From an uncultured beta proteobacterium (GTDB lineage Bacteria > Pseudomonadota > Gammaproteobacteria > Burkholderiales > Burkholderiaceae_C), in contig CAVTWT010000022.1 of the NCBI GenBank assembly GCA_963738425.1, positions 2,680 through 66,679 of the forward strand: 64,000 bases of DNA, written 5' to 3'. The notes beneath the pieces were generated by a model. It saw nothing but the letters and a program-made list of their open reading frames with translations. It did not search any database and had not been told where the DNA came from. Position numbers and translations under genes: made by a program. Of the stretch, positions 51,754-62,467 are shown piece by piece (the first letter of the stretch is position 1; every line of letters begins with the position of its first letter).

Positions 51754-52380
51754 TCAGCGCAGGGCCGCCGACGCCGCGTTGGTTGGCGGAATGGGCAGCG
51801 CTGGAGCCGGTGGGCGTTTGGCGTCCCGCTCCCGATTGCGTTGCTCGACGGCTGCACGATGTGCAGCAACTTCTTCTAAACGCTGCTTCGACACTGTGGC
51901 GCGGCGTGCCGCAGCGGCCTTTTCACCGGCCACCGAGGACGAGCGGCGCCGACGCGCATCGGGCTGGATTGCCGCAGCGGAGTCAGCGGCCGACTCTGGT
52001 GGCGACGTCCCTGTGGGCTCGCGCCGGGCCGGCGGCGGTGACCGCGACTCATCGGCTCGTGCCGCAGCGTCCTGGCGCTCGCGGATGCGGGCTTGACGAT
52101 CGGCTGCCCGGCGCTTTCGCTGCGCATCATCAAGCAGCGCCCGTTGATGATCGAGCTGCTGGGTTGCCGCGCGGCGCTCGGCACGGACCTGCGCAAGGCA
52201 CGAAGACACCACAAAACGCTCGGCACATGCCGCCTCGCCAGACCGCGCTCGTGCATCGACTTCAACCCGCTCACGCTCGATGCGCCGGCGGTGCGAGGCC
52301 TCGTCGTCCGCGGCATGTACCGCGAACACTGCCACCAGCAGGCCCGCCAGCACAAGCCTAGGTAAGCGAGGTGTCGACAT
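51754..52380 (-). CDS. hypothetical secreted Arg/Ala/Glu-rich protein
   Basis: Has a signal peptide MSTPRLPRLVLAGLLVAVFAVHA followed by low-complexity coiled-coil-like sequence. Its start overlaps the zapE stop by 23 nt. A coding call in high-GC low-complexity sequence is only moderately secure. Confidence 0.5.
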   Translation of the reverse strand: MSTPRLPRLVLAGLLVAVFAVHAADDEASHRRRIERERVEVDARARSGEAACAERFVVSSCLAQVRAERRAATQQLDHQRALLDDAQRKRRAADRQARIRERQDAAARADESRSPPPARREPTGTSPPESAADSAAAIQPDARRRRSSSVAGEKAAAARRATVSKQRLEEVAAHRAAVEQRNRERDAKRPPAPALPIPPTNAASAALR

Positions 52381-53455
52381 CGCGACGCTCCAGGGCCAGG
52401 AACTCGGTCGATTGCATTTCCGTCAAGCGCGACACCGTGCGTGGAAACTCATGCGCGAGCGGCCCTTCGGTGTAGAGCGCCTGCGGGGGCACTTCGGCCG
52501 AGATGATGAGCTTGACGCGCCGGTCGTACAAGACATCGATCAGCCAGGTGAAGCGCCGCGCCTCGCTGGCCATGCGCGGCGGCATCTGCGGCACGTTCGA
52601 CAGGATCAGCGTGTGGAAGCGGCTGGCGATTTCGAGGTAGTCGTTCTGCGATCGCGGGCCACCGCACAGCCACTTGAAGTCGAACCAGACGACGCCGCCG
52701 GCCTTGCGCCGCGCCGTGATCTCGCGCTGTTCGATGCGCAGCAGCGGATCTTCGTCGCGGGCTTCGGCAATCTCGTCGAAGGCCTTCGTGAGCGCAGCTT
52801 CTGCCTCGGCGCCGAGTGGGCAGTGGTAGCGCTTCACATGCTGCATCGTGCGGCTGCGGTAGTCGGTGCCGGCGTCAACATTGATCACTTCGAGCCTGTC
52901 TTTCAGCAACGCAATCGCCGGCAGGATGCGATCGCGGTGCAGGCCGTTCGGGTACAGGCCGTCGGGATGGAAGTTGGACGTGGTGACGATCGAAACGCGG
53001 TTGGCGAACAGCGCCTCGAGCAACCGGTGCAGGATCATGGCGTCGGTCACGTCCGACACGTGGAACTCATCGAAGCAGATCAGGCGAAAGCGCCGCGCGA
53101 TGCGCGCGCCGAGTTCCTGCAGCGGGTTCGGTGTGCCTTTCAGATCCTGCAGTTCGCGATGCACCTCGCGCATGAACTCGTGGAAATGCAGCCGCGTCTT
53201 GCGCGTCAGCGGCACCGACTGGAAGAAGCAGTCCATCAGGAAGCTCTTGCCGCGGCCGACGCCACCCCACATGTAGACGCCGCGCGGGATCGGCGGGCGC
53301 AACAGCAGTTTCGTCACCGCATTGCTGCGTCGCGCCTTGTAGTCAGCCCACTCGTTCTCGCAGCGCGAGAGCGCATCGATCGCCCGCAGTTGCGCCTCAT
53401 CGCTCGCGTAGCCGCGCTCTTTCAGCGTCGCTTCGTAGAGGGCGCGAACAGCCAC
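52358..53455 (-). CDS. zapE: cell division protein ZapE (AFG1-family ATPase)
   Basis: 365 aa with a GTG start, Walker A GGVGRGKSFLMD and Walker B ...LICFDEFHV... It lies downstream of lpdA, as is usual in Burkholderiales. Confidence 0.9.
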   Translation of the reverse strand: MAVRALYEATLKERGYASDEAQLRAIDALSRCENEWADYKARRSNAVTKLLLRPPIPRGVYMWGGVGRGKSFLMDCFFQSVPLTRKTRLHFHEFMREVHRELQDLKGTPNPLQELGARIARRFRLICFDEFHVSDVTDAMILHRLLEALFANRVSIVTTSNFHPDGLYPNGLHRDRILPAIALLKDRLEVINVDAGTDYRSRTMQHVKRYHCPLGAEAEAALTKAFDEIAEARDEDPLLRIEQREITARRKAGGVVWFDFKWLCGGPRSQNDYLEIASRFHTLILSNVPQMPPRMASEARRFTWLIDVLYDRRVKLIISAEVPPQALYTEGPLAHEFPRTVSRLTEMQSTEFLALERRDVDTSLT

Positions 53456-53456
53456 G

Positions 53457-54885
<1,429 letters not shown>

Positions 54886-56118
54886 TCAGATGTCGAACAG
54901 CAGACGCGCCGGATCTTCCAACGCCTCTTTCATCGCCACCAGTCCGAGCACCGCTTCGCGGCCGTCGATGATGCGGTGGTCGTAGCTCATCGCCAGGTAG
55001 TTGATCGGGCGCACGACGACGACGCCGTTCTCCACCATCGCGCGGTCCTTGGTCGCATGCACGCCGAGGATGGCGCTCTGCGGCGGGTTGATGATCGGCG
55101 TCGAAAGCATCGAACCGAAGACACCGCCGTTCGAGATCGAGAACGTGCCACCGGACAGGTCTTCCATCGACAGCTTGCCCTCGCCGGCCTTCTTGCCGTA
55201 CTCGGCGATCTTTTTCTCGACGTCGGAGAAACTCATCTGATCGGCATTGCGCAGGATCGGCACGACCAGGCCGCGCGGCGATCCGACGGCGATGCCGATG
55301 TCGAAGTAGCCGTGATAGACGATGTCGTTGCCATCGACGCTGGCGTTCAACACCGGGTACTTCTTCAGCGCATGCACCGCCGCCTTGACGAAGAAACTCA
55401 TGAAGCCGAGCTTGGTGCCATGCTCCTTTTCGAACTTTTCCTGGAAGCGCTTGCGCATCTCCATCACCGGCGCCATATTGACTTCGTTGAACGTCGTCAG
55501 GATGGCGTTGGTGGCTTGCGACTGCAGCAGCCTCTCTGCCACTCGCGCCCGCAGGCGCGACATCGGCACGCGCTGCTCGGGTCGCTCGCCGAGGTTCATC
55601 GCGGGTGCAGGCACGGCAGGCAGCGGTTTGGCCACCGCAGGCGCGGCGGGCACGGCTTTGGGTGCGGCCACCGGCGGCGTGGCGATGGCGCCGAGCACAT
55701 CTCCCTTGGTCACACGGCCGTCGCGTCCGGTGCCGGCAACAGACCCCGCGGCGAGGTTGTTGTCCGCCATCAGCTTCGCCGCTGCCGGCATCGCCACGTC
55801 GCTCTTCGACACCGGCGCAGGAGCCGCCGCGGCGGACACGGGTGCTGCAGCCGCCGGCGCGGCTGCGCCGGCCTTTGCCTCAGTGTCTATCCTCGCGATC
55901 ACCTGATCGGCCGCCACCGTGGCGCCGTTGGCCGCCACATGTGCCACCAGCACACCCGCGAATGGCGCCGGCACTTCAAGCACGACCTTGTCGGTTTCAA
56001 TCTCGATCAGGATCTCATCGATCGCCACGGCTTCACCGGGCTGCTTCTTCCACTGCAACAGCGTTGCTTCGGCGACCGACTCGCTGAGTTGCGGAACCTT
56101 GACTTCTACGATAGCCAT
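54886..56118 (-). CDS. sucB: dihydrolipoyllysine-residue succinyltransferase (E2o)
   Basis: ATG 56118 gives [25 protein letters not shown]... (lipoyl domain). It has an Ala/Pro linker and a catalytic ...[11 protein letters not shown]... The ORF-track start 56319 is an extension. Confidence 0.95.
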   Translation of the reverse strand: MAIVEVKVPQLSESVAEATLLQWKKQPGEAVAIDEILIEIETDKVVLEVPAPFAGVLVAHVAANGATVAADQVIARIDTEAKAGAAAPAAAAPVSAAAAPAPVSKSDVAMPAAAKLMADNNLAAGSVAGTGRDGRVTKGDVLGAIATPPVAAPKAVPAAPAVAKPLPAVPAPAMNLGERPEQRVPMSRLRARVAERLLQSQATNAILTTFNEVNMAPVMEMRKRFQEKFEKEHGTKLGFMSFFVKAAVHALKKYPVLNASVDGNDIVYHGYFDIGIAVGSPRGLVVPILRNADQMSFSDVEKKIAEYGKKAGEGKLSMEDLSGGTFSISNGGVFGSMLSTPIINPPQSAILGVHATKDRAMVENGVVVVRPINYLAMSYDHRIIDGREAVLGLVAMKEALEDPARLLFDI

Positions 56119-56138
56119 TGTTGTTGTCTCGTCTTGAG

Positions 56139-58997
56139 TTATTTGCTGAGCACGAAGCCTTTGAGCTTGCCGAAGGCCTGATCGAGCAGCGCTTTTTGCT
56201 GCTCGACGTGCAGGTGCGAGTAGCCCACCGCCGGTGAGGCCGAGGCCGGACGTCCGGCATAGCCGAGCTTTTGCCCTTCGCTCATGTTTTCGTGGATCTG
56301 GTGCTGGATGAAGAACCACGCACCCTGGTTCTGCGGTTCATCCTGGCACCACACCAGCTCGGTGGCGTTGGGGAAGCGCTTCAACTCAGCGGCGAAGGCC
56401 TTGTGCGGGAACGGGTACAGCTGCTCGACGCGAAGGATGGCCACGTCCCAGGCCTTCTTCTCGTCACGCTTCTTGATCAGGTCGTAGGCCACCTTGCCCG
56501 AGCACGCGATCACGCGCTTGACCTTGTCGGGCTCGACCTCCGCGCGCGCCGGCCCGATCACCGTCTTGAACTCGCCCTTGGTGAACTCGGACAGCGGCGA
56601 CGTGGCGTCCTTGGCCCGCAGCAGCGACTTCGGCGTCATGATGATCAGCGGCTTCCTGAACATGCGCACCATCTGCCGGCGCAGCACATGGAAGATCTGG
56701 CTGGCCGTCGTCGGCTGCACGATCTGCATGTTGTTGTCGGCCGCAAGCTGCATGAAACGCTCCAGGCGCGCCGATGAATGCTCCGGACCCTGGCCTTCGT
56801 AGCCGTGCGGCAGCATCAGCGTGATGCCGTTGACGCGGCCCCACTTGACTTCACCCGACGCGATGAACTGGTCGATGACGACTTGCGCGCCGTTGACGAA
56901 GTCGCCGAACTGCCCCTCCCAGATCGTCAGCGTGTTCGGCTCGGCGCTCGAGTAGCCGTACTCGAAACCGAGCACCGCTTCTTCCGACAGGATCGAGTCG
57001 ATGACGACGAACGGCGCCTGGCCGTCGGCCACGTTGGACAGCGGCACATAGGTCCCGGTGTCCCATTTTTCGCGGTTCTGGTCGTGCAGCACCGAGTGAC
57101 GGTGCACGAAGGTGCCGCGGCCACAGTCCTGCCCCGACAGGCGCACACCGTAACCGCTGGCCACGAGCGACGCAAACGCGAGATGCTCGCCCATGCCCCA
57201 ATCGACATTGACTTCGCCGCGCCCCATCGCCGCGCGATCCGCAATCACCTTCTCGACCAGCGGGTGCGCCTTGAAGTCCTTTGGCAACGTCGTCAGCCGC
57301 TCGGCCAGACGCTTGATCTCGGCCAGCGGCAGCGCCGTGTCGGCGCCGTCGGTCCACTTCTTGCCCAGGAAGGGCGCCCAATCGACCGCGTACTTGCTCT
57401 TGAAGTTGGTCAGCACCGGATCGACGGTGTGCTTGCCGGCGTCCATCGCTGCGCGGAAGGCCTTGACCTTCTGGTCCGGGCCGTCGGCCGCGAGCACGCC
57501 TTGCGCCACCAGCTTGTCGCCATAGAGCTTGCGCGTGCCGGGGTGCTGGCCGATCTTCTTGTACATCAGCGGCTGCGTCAGCGCGGGCGTGTCCTGCTCG
57601 TTGTGGCCCAGCTTGCGGAAGCAGATGATGTCGACAACCACATCCTTCTTGAACTGCTGGCGGTAGTCCATTGCCAATTGCGAGCACAGGACCACGGCTT
57701 CCGGATCATCGCCGTTGACGTGCATCACCGGCGCCTCGACCATCTTGACCACATCCGAGCAGTACAGCGTCGAGCGCGAGTCGCGCGGGTCGCTGGTCGT
57801 GAAGCCGATCTGGTTGTTGATGACGATGTGCACCGTGCCGCCGGTGAAGTAGCCGCGCGTCTGTGCCAGCGCCAACGTCTCCATCACCACGCCCTGGCCC
57901 GCGAACGCAGCGTCGCCATGCACCAGCACCGGCAGCACCTGGTCGCCCTGCTTGTCGCCACGGCGGTCCATGCGCGCCTTGACGCTGCCCTCGACCACCG
58001 GGTTGACGATCTCCAGGTGCGACGGGTTGAAGGCCAGGCTCAAATGCACTGCACCGCCCGGCGTCGAGATGTCGCTCGAAAAACCCTGGTGGTACTTGAC
58101 GTCACCCGCGGGCAGCACTTCCGCGGCCGTGTGGTCGAACTCGGCGAACAGGTCTTTCGGCATCTTGCCGAGCGTGTTGACGAGCACGTTCAGGCGCCCA
58201 CGGTGGGCCATGCCGATGACGATTTCCTGCACGCCTTTTTCACCGGCGCGCTGCACGACCTCGTCGATGCTGGCGATGAAGCTCTCGCCGCCTTCGAGCG
58301 AGAAGCGCTTCTGGCCGACGTACTTGGTGTGCAGAAAACGCTCGAGCCCTTCGGCTGCCGTGAGGCGGTTGAGGATGTGCTTCTTCTCGTCCACGGTGAA
58401 GCTGGGCTTGCTGCGAATCGACTCCAGCCGCTCCTGCCACCAGCGCTTCTCCGCCGGGTCGGTGCAATGCATGAACTCGACGCCGATCGAGCCGCAGTAG
58501 GTCTCGCGCAAGGCCTGCATGAGCTCGCGCAGCGTCATGTGCTCGGCCTTGGTGAAGTACGTGTTCGTCGCCGAAAACGTGATCTCCATGTCCGACTCGG
58601 TCAGGTCGTAGAACGCGGGTTCCAGCTCGGGGATCTTCGGCCGCTCGGTTCGCTTCAGCGGATCGAGGTCGGCCCAGCGGCTGCCGAGGAAGCGGTAAGC
58701 CGCGATCAGCGACTGCACATGGACCTGTTTGCGCGCGACGGCCAGGTCGGCCTCGCTGGCCTTGACCGCAAACGCATTGGCCTTGGCACGTTGGGCGAAG
58801 GATTCGACGACGGGCGCATGCGCCACATCGCGGCTGTCGCTGCCATCGACCGCAGGCACGTTCTGCAGCTTGTCGAAGTAGGCGCGCCAGTTGTCGGGCA
58901 CGCTGCCCGGGTTGTCGAGATAGGCTTCGTAAAGCTCTTCGACGTAGGGCGCATTGCCCCCGAACAGGTACGAGTTGGACCTGTATTGCTGCATCAT
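56139..58997 (-). CDS. sucA: 2-oxoglutarate dehydrogenase E1 component
   Basis: 952 aa, [27 protein letters not shown]... It looks full length and intact. Confidence 0.97.
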   Translation of the reverse strand: MMQQYRSNSYLFGGNAPYVEELYEAYLDNPGSVPDNWRAYFDKLQNVPAVDGSDSRDVAHAPVVESFAQRAKANAFAVKASEADLAVARKQVHVQSLIAAYRFLGSRWADLDPLKRTERPKIPELEPAFYDLTESDMEITFSATNTYFTKAEHMTLRELMQALRETYCGSIGVEFMHCTDPAEKRWWQERLESIRSKPSFTVDEKKHILNRLTAAEGLERFLHTKYVGQKRFSLEGGESFIASIDEVVQRAGEKGVQEIVIGMAHRGRLNVLVNTLGKMPKDLFAEFDHTAAEVLPAGDVKYHQGFSSDISTPGGAVHLSLAFNPSHLEIVNPVVEGSVKARMDRRGDKQGDQVLPVLVHGDAAFAGQGVVMETLALAQTRGYFTGGTVHIVINNQIGFTTSDPRDSRSTLYCSDVVKMVEAPVMHVNGDDPEAVVLCSQLAMDYRQQFKKDVVVDIICFRKLGHNEQDTPALTQPLMYKKIGQHPGTRKLYGDKLVAQGVLAADGPDQKVKAFRAAMDAGKHTVDPVLTNFKSKYAVDWAPFLGKKWTDGADTALPLAEIKRLAERLTTLPKDFKAHPLVEKVIADRAAMGRGEVNVDWGMGEHLAFASLVASGYGVRLSGQDCGRGTFVHRHSVLHDQNREKWDTGTYVPLSNVADGQAPFVVIDSILSEEAVLGFEYGYSSAEPNTLTIWEGQFGDFVNGAQVVIDQFIASGEVKWGRVNGITLMLPHGYEGQGPEHSSARLERFMQLAADNNMQIVQPTTASQIFHVLRRQMVRMFRKPLIIMTPKSLLRAKDATSPLSEFTKGEFKTVIGPARAEVEPDKVKRVIACSGKVAYDLIKKRDEKKAWDVAILRVEQLYPFPHKAFAAELKRFPNATELVWCQDEPQNQGAWFFIQHQIHENMSEGQKLGYAGRPASASPAVGYSHLHVEQQKALLDQAFGKLKGFVLSK

Positions 58998-59185
58998 CTT
59001 CGCTCACCTCTGGCCACGGTCTGCGCGGCATTCGATGGGTTGCACAACCTTCCGCGACCCGGCTACACCGGTGGGCGGACTAGCGTTCGCGCCGTCAGGG
59101 GAGAATCCTTTCGGGCGGGAAGGGCCTGTTTTTCTACGGGAGCGACTCTAGCATCGAAGGCTTTCACGAAGCCGACGAATGCGCC
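58998..59185 (-). promoter_or_regulatory. long sucA 5' leader, candidate for the Burkholderiales sucA RNA motif
   Basis: About 190 nt of non-coding sequence upstream of sucA. It has several short GC hairpins and a long-range 7-bp complement (gcattcg near 59176-59182 pairs with cgaatgc near 59028-59034, minus-strand sense). The family assignment is from memory of where the motif occurs, not from a model search. Confidence 0.3.
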
Positions 59186-59245
59186 CTGTCCGTGGCGTTG
59201 TTGCGGCGATCGCCCCACGCGGTGGCAAGTCAGTATCGCGGTGAG

Positions 59246-59518
59246 ATGACGCGCACGATCCGGATTCACGCCGCGGCCCCAGCCAAGCCGGCATGGGGCT
59301 CGGCCTGCAACGGCTGCGGAGTCTGCTGCCTGGCCGAGCCATGCCCCGTCGGCATGATCGTCAGTGGGCGCCGCCAAGGCGCCTGCCGTGCGCTGGCTTG
59401 GGATGACACGTCAGCGCGCTACCGCTGCGCGCTGATGAAGATCCCGGTGCTCAAGACCGTCACCCGGCGCTGGATCGCCGCCGGCCAGGGGTGCGACAGC
59501 GACGCTGTCGTTGCGTGA
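59246..59518 (+). CDS. small Cys-rich protein (CxxCxxCC...CP), YkgJ-like putative metal-cluster protein
   Basis: ATG 59246 gives MTRTIRIHAAAPAKPAWGSACNGCGVCCLAEPCPVG... (90 aa). Confidence 0.55.
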   Translation: MTRTIRIHAAAPAKPAWGSACNGCGVCCLAEPCPVGMIVSGRRQGACRALAWDDTSARYRCALMKIPVLKTVTRRWIAAGQGCDSDAVVA

Positions 59519-59526
59519 CGGCGCGA

Positions 59527-59721
59527 CTACTGCGGCGCGGAGGCTGCCGAAGCCGCTGGTTCGACGGGTTTGGATGACGTCGGCAGCGGCACGGTCCCAC
59601 CGACGCCGACGCTGACGCCGCCGCGGCCGATCGGCACACCAATGCCAACGCCGATGCCGACCGAGCTACAAGCCGCCGCTCCTGCCGCCAGAGATAAAGC
59701 CACGATCGTGCTGCGTTTCAT
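59527..59721 (-). CDS. small Gly-rich lipoprotein
   Basis: 64 aa, MKRSTIVALSLAAGAAAC (lipobox) followed by SSVGIGVGIGVPIGRGGVSVGVGG, which is glycine-zipper-like. Confidence 0.6.
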   Translation of the reverse strand: MKRSTIVALSLAAGAAACSSVGIGVGIGVPIGRGGVSVGVGGTVPLPTSSKPVEPAASAASAPQ

Positions 59722-59733
59722 GCAGGCTCCTGT

Positions 59734-60690
59734 TCAGGCCGCCAAACGGCTCTGCGCCTGACCATATTCGCGGGCCAGCCGATCGACCAGCGCCGCGGCC
59801 GGCACGACTGCCTTGACCGCGCCGATGCCCTGGCCGCAGCCCCAGATGTCCTTCCAGGCCTTCTTGCTGCCCTCGCCGCCACCGAAGTTCATCTTCGTCG
59901 GGTCGCTCTCGGGCAGGTCGTCCGGGTCGAGGCCCGCGTTGCGGATCGACGGCTTCAGGTAGTTGCCGTGCACGCCAGTGAAGAGACTCGAGTAGACGAT
60001 GTCGTCGCTCGTACCATCGACGATGGCTTGTTTGTAGGCCTCGCTGGCGCGAGCCTCTTCGGTCGCAATGAAGGCCGAGCCGATGTAGGCCAGGTCGGCG
60101 CCCATCGCCTGCGCGGCGAGCACGCCACCACCCGTGGAGATGGCGCCGGACAGCGCCAGCGGGCCGTCAAACCACTCGCGGATTTCCTGGATCAATGCGA
60201 ACGGGCTCTTCACGCCGGCATGGCCACCCGCGCCCGCAGCCACCGCAATCAGGCCATCGGCGCCCTTCTCGACCGCCTTCTTCGCAAAGAAGTTGTTGAT
60301 GATGTCGTGCAGCACGATGCCGCCCCAGGCATGCACCGCGTCGTTGACATCGGTGCGTGCGCCCAGCGAGGTGATGACGACAGGCACCTTGTACTTGGCG
60401 CAAACCTGCATGTCGTGGTCGAGCCGGTCATTGCTCTTGTGCACGATCTGGTTGATGGCGTACGGCGCGGCGGGTTGCTCGGGATGCTTTCGGTCCCAGG
60501 CCGCGAGCGTCTCGGTGATCTCCGCCAGCCATTCGTCGAGCTGAGACGCCGGCCGTGCGTTCAACGCCGGCATCGAACCGACGACCCCGGATGTGCATTG
60601 CGCGATGACAAGCTTGGGGTTGCTGATGATGAAAAGCGGGGCACCGACAACGGGGATGCGCAACTTGCTCAGCACTGCGGGCAAGGTCAT
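59734..60690 (-). CDS. nitronate monooxygenase (2-nitropropane dioxygenase family, FMN)
   Basis: ATG 60690 gives MTLPAVLSKLRIPVVGAPLFIISNPKLV... It continues ...AAGAGGHAG... (318 aa). The ATG overlaps by 1 nt the TGA of the restored acyl-CoA dehydrogenase frame. Confidence 0.88.
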   Translation of the reverse strand: MTLPAVLSKLRIPVVGAPLFIISNPKLVIAQCTSGVVGSMPALNARPASQLDEWLAEITETLAAWDRKHPEQPAAPYAINQIVHKSNDRLDHDMQVCAKYKVPVVITSLGARTDVNDAVHAWGGIVLHDIINNFFAKKAVEKGADGLIAVAAGAGGHAGVKSPFALIQEIREWFDGPLALSGAISTGGGVLAAQAMGADLAYIGSAFIATEEARASEAYKQAIVDGTSDDIVYSSLFTGVHGNYLKPSIRNAGLDPDDLPESDPTKMNFGGGEGSKKAWKDIWGCGQGIGAVKAVVPAAALVDRLAREYGQAQSRLAA

Positions 60691-62457
60691 CAGAACGCCT
60701 CCAGCGCCATGTCGTTGATCGCCGCGTGGCCGTCGACGATCGAGTCGCGGATGCCCGGCACCTTCGAGAGGATGTGCTCGGCGTAGAAGCGCGACGTGGC
60801 GACCTTGGCCGCCATGAACGCCGCGTCGCTCATTGCTGTCTTCGGCAACGATCAGCGCCCGCGCCATTTGCCAGCCGGCCATCAGGTTTCCGGCGAGCAT
60901 CAGGTACGGCACCGAGCCGGCGAACACCGCGTTGGGGCTGCCTTTGGTCTGGGTGGCGACGAAGTCGACGACTTCGACGAAGGCCTTGCGTGCGGCGAAC
61001 AGATGCTTGTGCATCGCCTTGCTCGCAGCACTGTTGCGCGTAGCCAGCGCCGCTTCGGTCCTTTCGATCTGCCCCGCAATCGCCTTCGCCACCTGTCCAC
61101 CATCGCGCGCCGTCTTGCGGCCGACAAGGTCATTGGCCTGGATCGCAGTCGTGCCTTCGTAGATGGTCAGGATCTTGGCGTCGCGCAAGTACTGCGCGGC
61201 CCCCGTCTCTTCGATGAAGCCCATGCCGCCATGCACCTGCACGCCGAGCGATGCCACGTCGAGGCTCATCTCAGTGCTGAAGCCCTTCACGAGCGGCACC
61301 ATGAATTCGTAGAAGGCGTTGTTGTGCTTGCGCACCTCGGCATCGGCGTGGTGATGCGCCGCGTCGAACGCGGCTGCGGCCACGATCGACATCGCCCGGC
61401 AGCCTTCGGTGTAGGCGCGCATCGTCATCAGCATGCGCTTGATGTCCGGGTGGTGGATGATCGGCGCGCTCTTGTTCATCGAGCCATCAACCGGGCGGCT
61501 TTGCACACGGTCTCGCGCGTAGGCCACGGCCTTTTGGTACGCGCGCTCGGCGATCGCGATGCCCTGCACGCCGACCGCATAACGCGCGGCGTTCATCATG
61601 ATGAACATGTACTCGAGGCCGCGGTTCTCCTGGCCGATGAGATGTGCGATCGCGCCACCATGGTCGCCGTACTGCAACACAGCGGTGGGGCTGGCCTTGA
61701 TGCCGAGCTTGTGTTCGATCGACACGCAATGCACGTCGTTGCGCTTCCCATCCGGCAGCACCTTTGGGCAGATGAACAGCGAGATGCCCTTCACGCCCTC
61801 GGGCGCACCGACAACCCGTGCCAACACCATGTGGACGATGTTGTCCGCCATGTCGTGCTCGCCGTAGGTGATGAAGATCTTCGTGCCGAAGAGCTTGAAG
61901 CTGCCGTCGCCTTGCGGCTCGGCGCGCGTGCGCACAAGCGCCAGGTCGCTGCCGGCCTGAGGCTCGGTCAAGTTCATCGTGCCGGTCCACGAACCGTCGA
62001 CCATCTTCGGGATGTACTGCTGCTGCTGCTCCGGCGAGCCCGCCGTCAGCAGCGCTTCGATGGCGCCGTCGGTCAGCAGCGGGCACAGCGCAAAGCTCAT
62101 GTTGGCACTGTTGAGCATTTCGATGCAGGCTGCGCCGATCGTCTTCGGCAGGCCCTGGCCGCCGAACGAAACCGGGTGCTGCAGGCCCTGCCAGCCGCCC
62201 TCGCCGAACTGCTTGAACGCCTGCTTGAAGCCCGGCGTGGTGGTCACCTTGCCGTCCTTGAACGACGACGGGTTCTTGTCGCCCTCCCGGTTCAGCGGAG
62301 CAACCACGTCTTGGTTGAATTTCGCTGCTTCTTCGAGCACGGCTGCGGCCGTATCGATCCCCGACTCCTCGAGGCCGGGCATGCGTGCCACAGCTTCGAG
62401 GTCGGCGAGCTCCTTCATGCAGAACAGCATGTCCTTGACGGGCGCGCGGTAGGTCAT
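60690..62457 (-). pseudogene. large acyl-CoA dehydrogenase (about 590 aa, FadE/C-terminal-domain type), frame disrupted near 60831-60846
   Basis: The N-terminal roughly 535 aa are intact. After ...ARALIVAEDS the annotated frame turns to nonsense. The +1 frame encodes MSDAAFMAAKVATSRFYAEHILSKVPGIRDSIVDGHAAINDMALEAF*. The span is 1768 nt (3n+1). Confidence 0.88.
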
Positions 62458-62467
62458 CGGGGTTGCC

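Noticed and set aside
56778-59249. 823-aa plus-strand ORF
   Set aside because: Antisense to the intact 952-aa sucA. It has low-complexity R/A/L/V composition and no motifs.
59734-62457. 907-aa ORF as a natural bifunctional acyl-CoA dehydrogenase/nitronate monooxygenase
   Set aside because: The linker is nonsense, while the +1 frame encodes the canonical dehydrogenase C-terminus. That C-terminus ends in a TGA overlapping the NMO ATG, so these are two genes joined by a frameshift.
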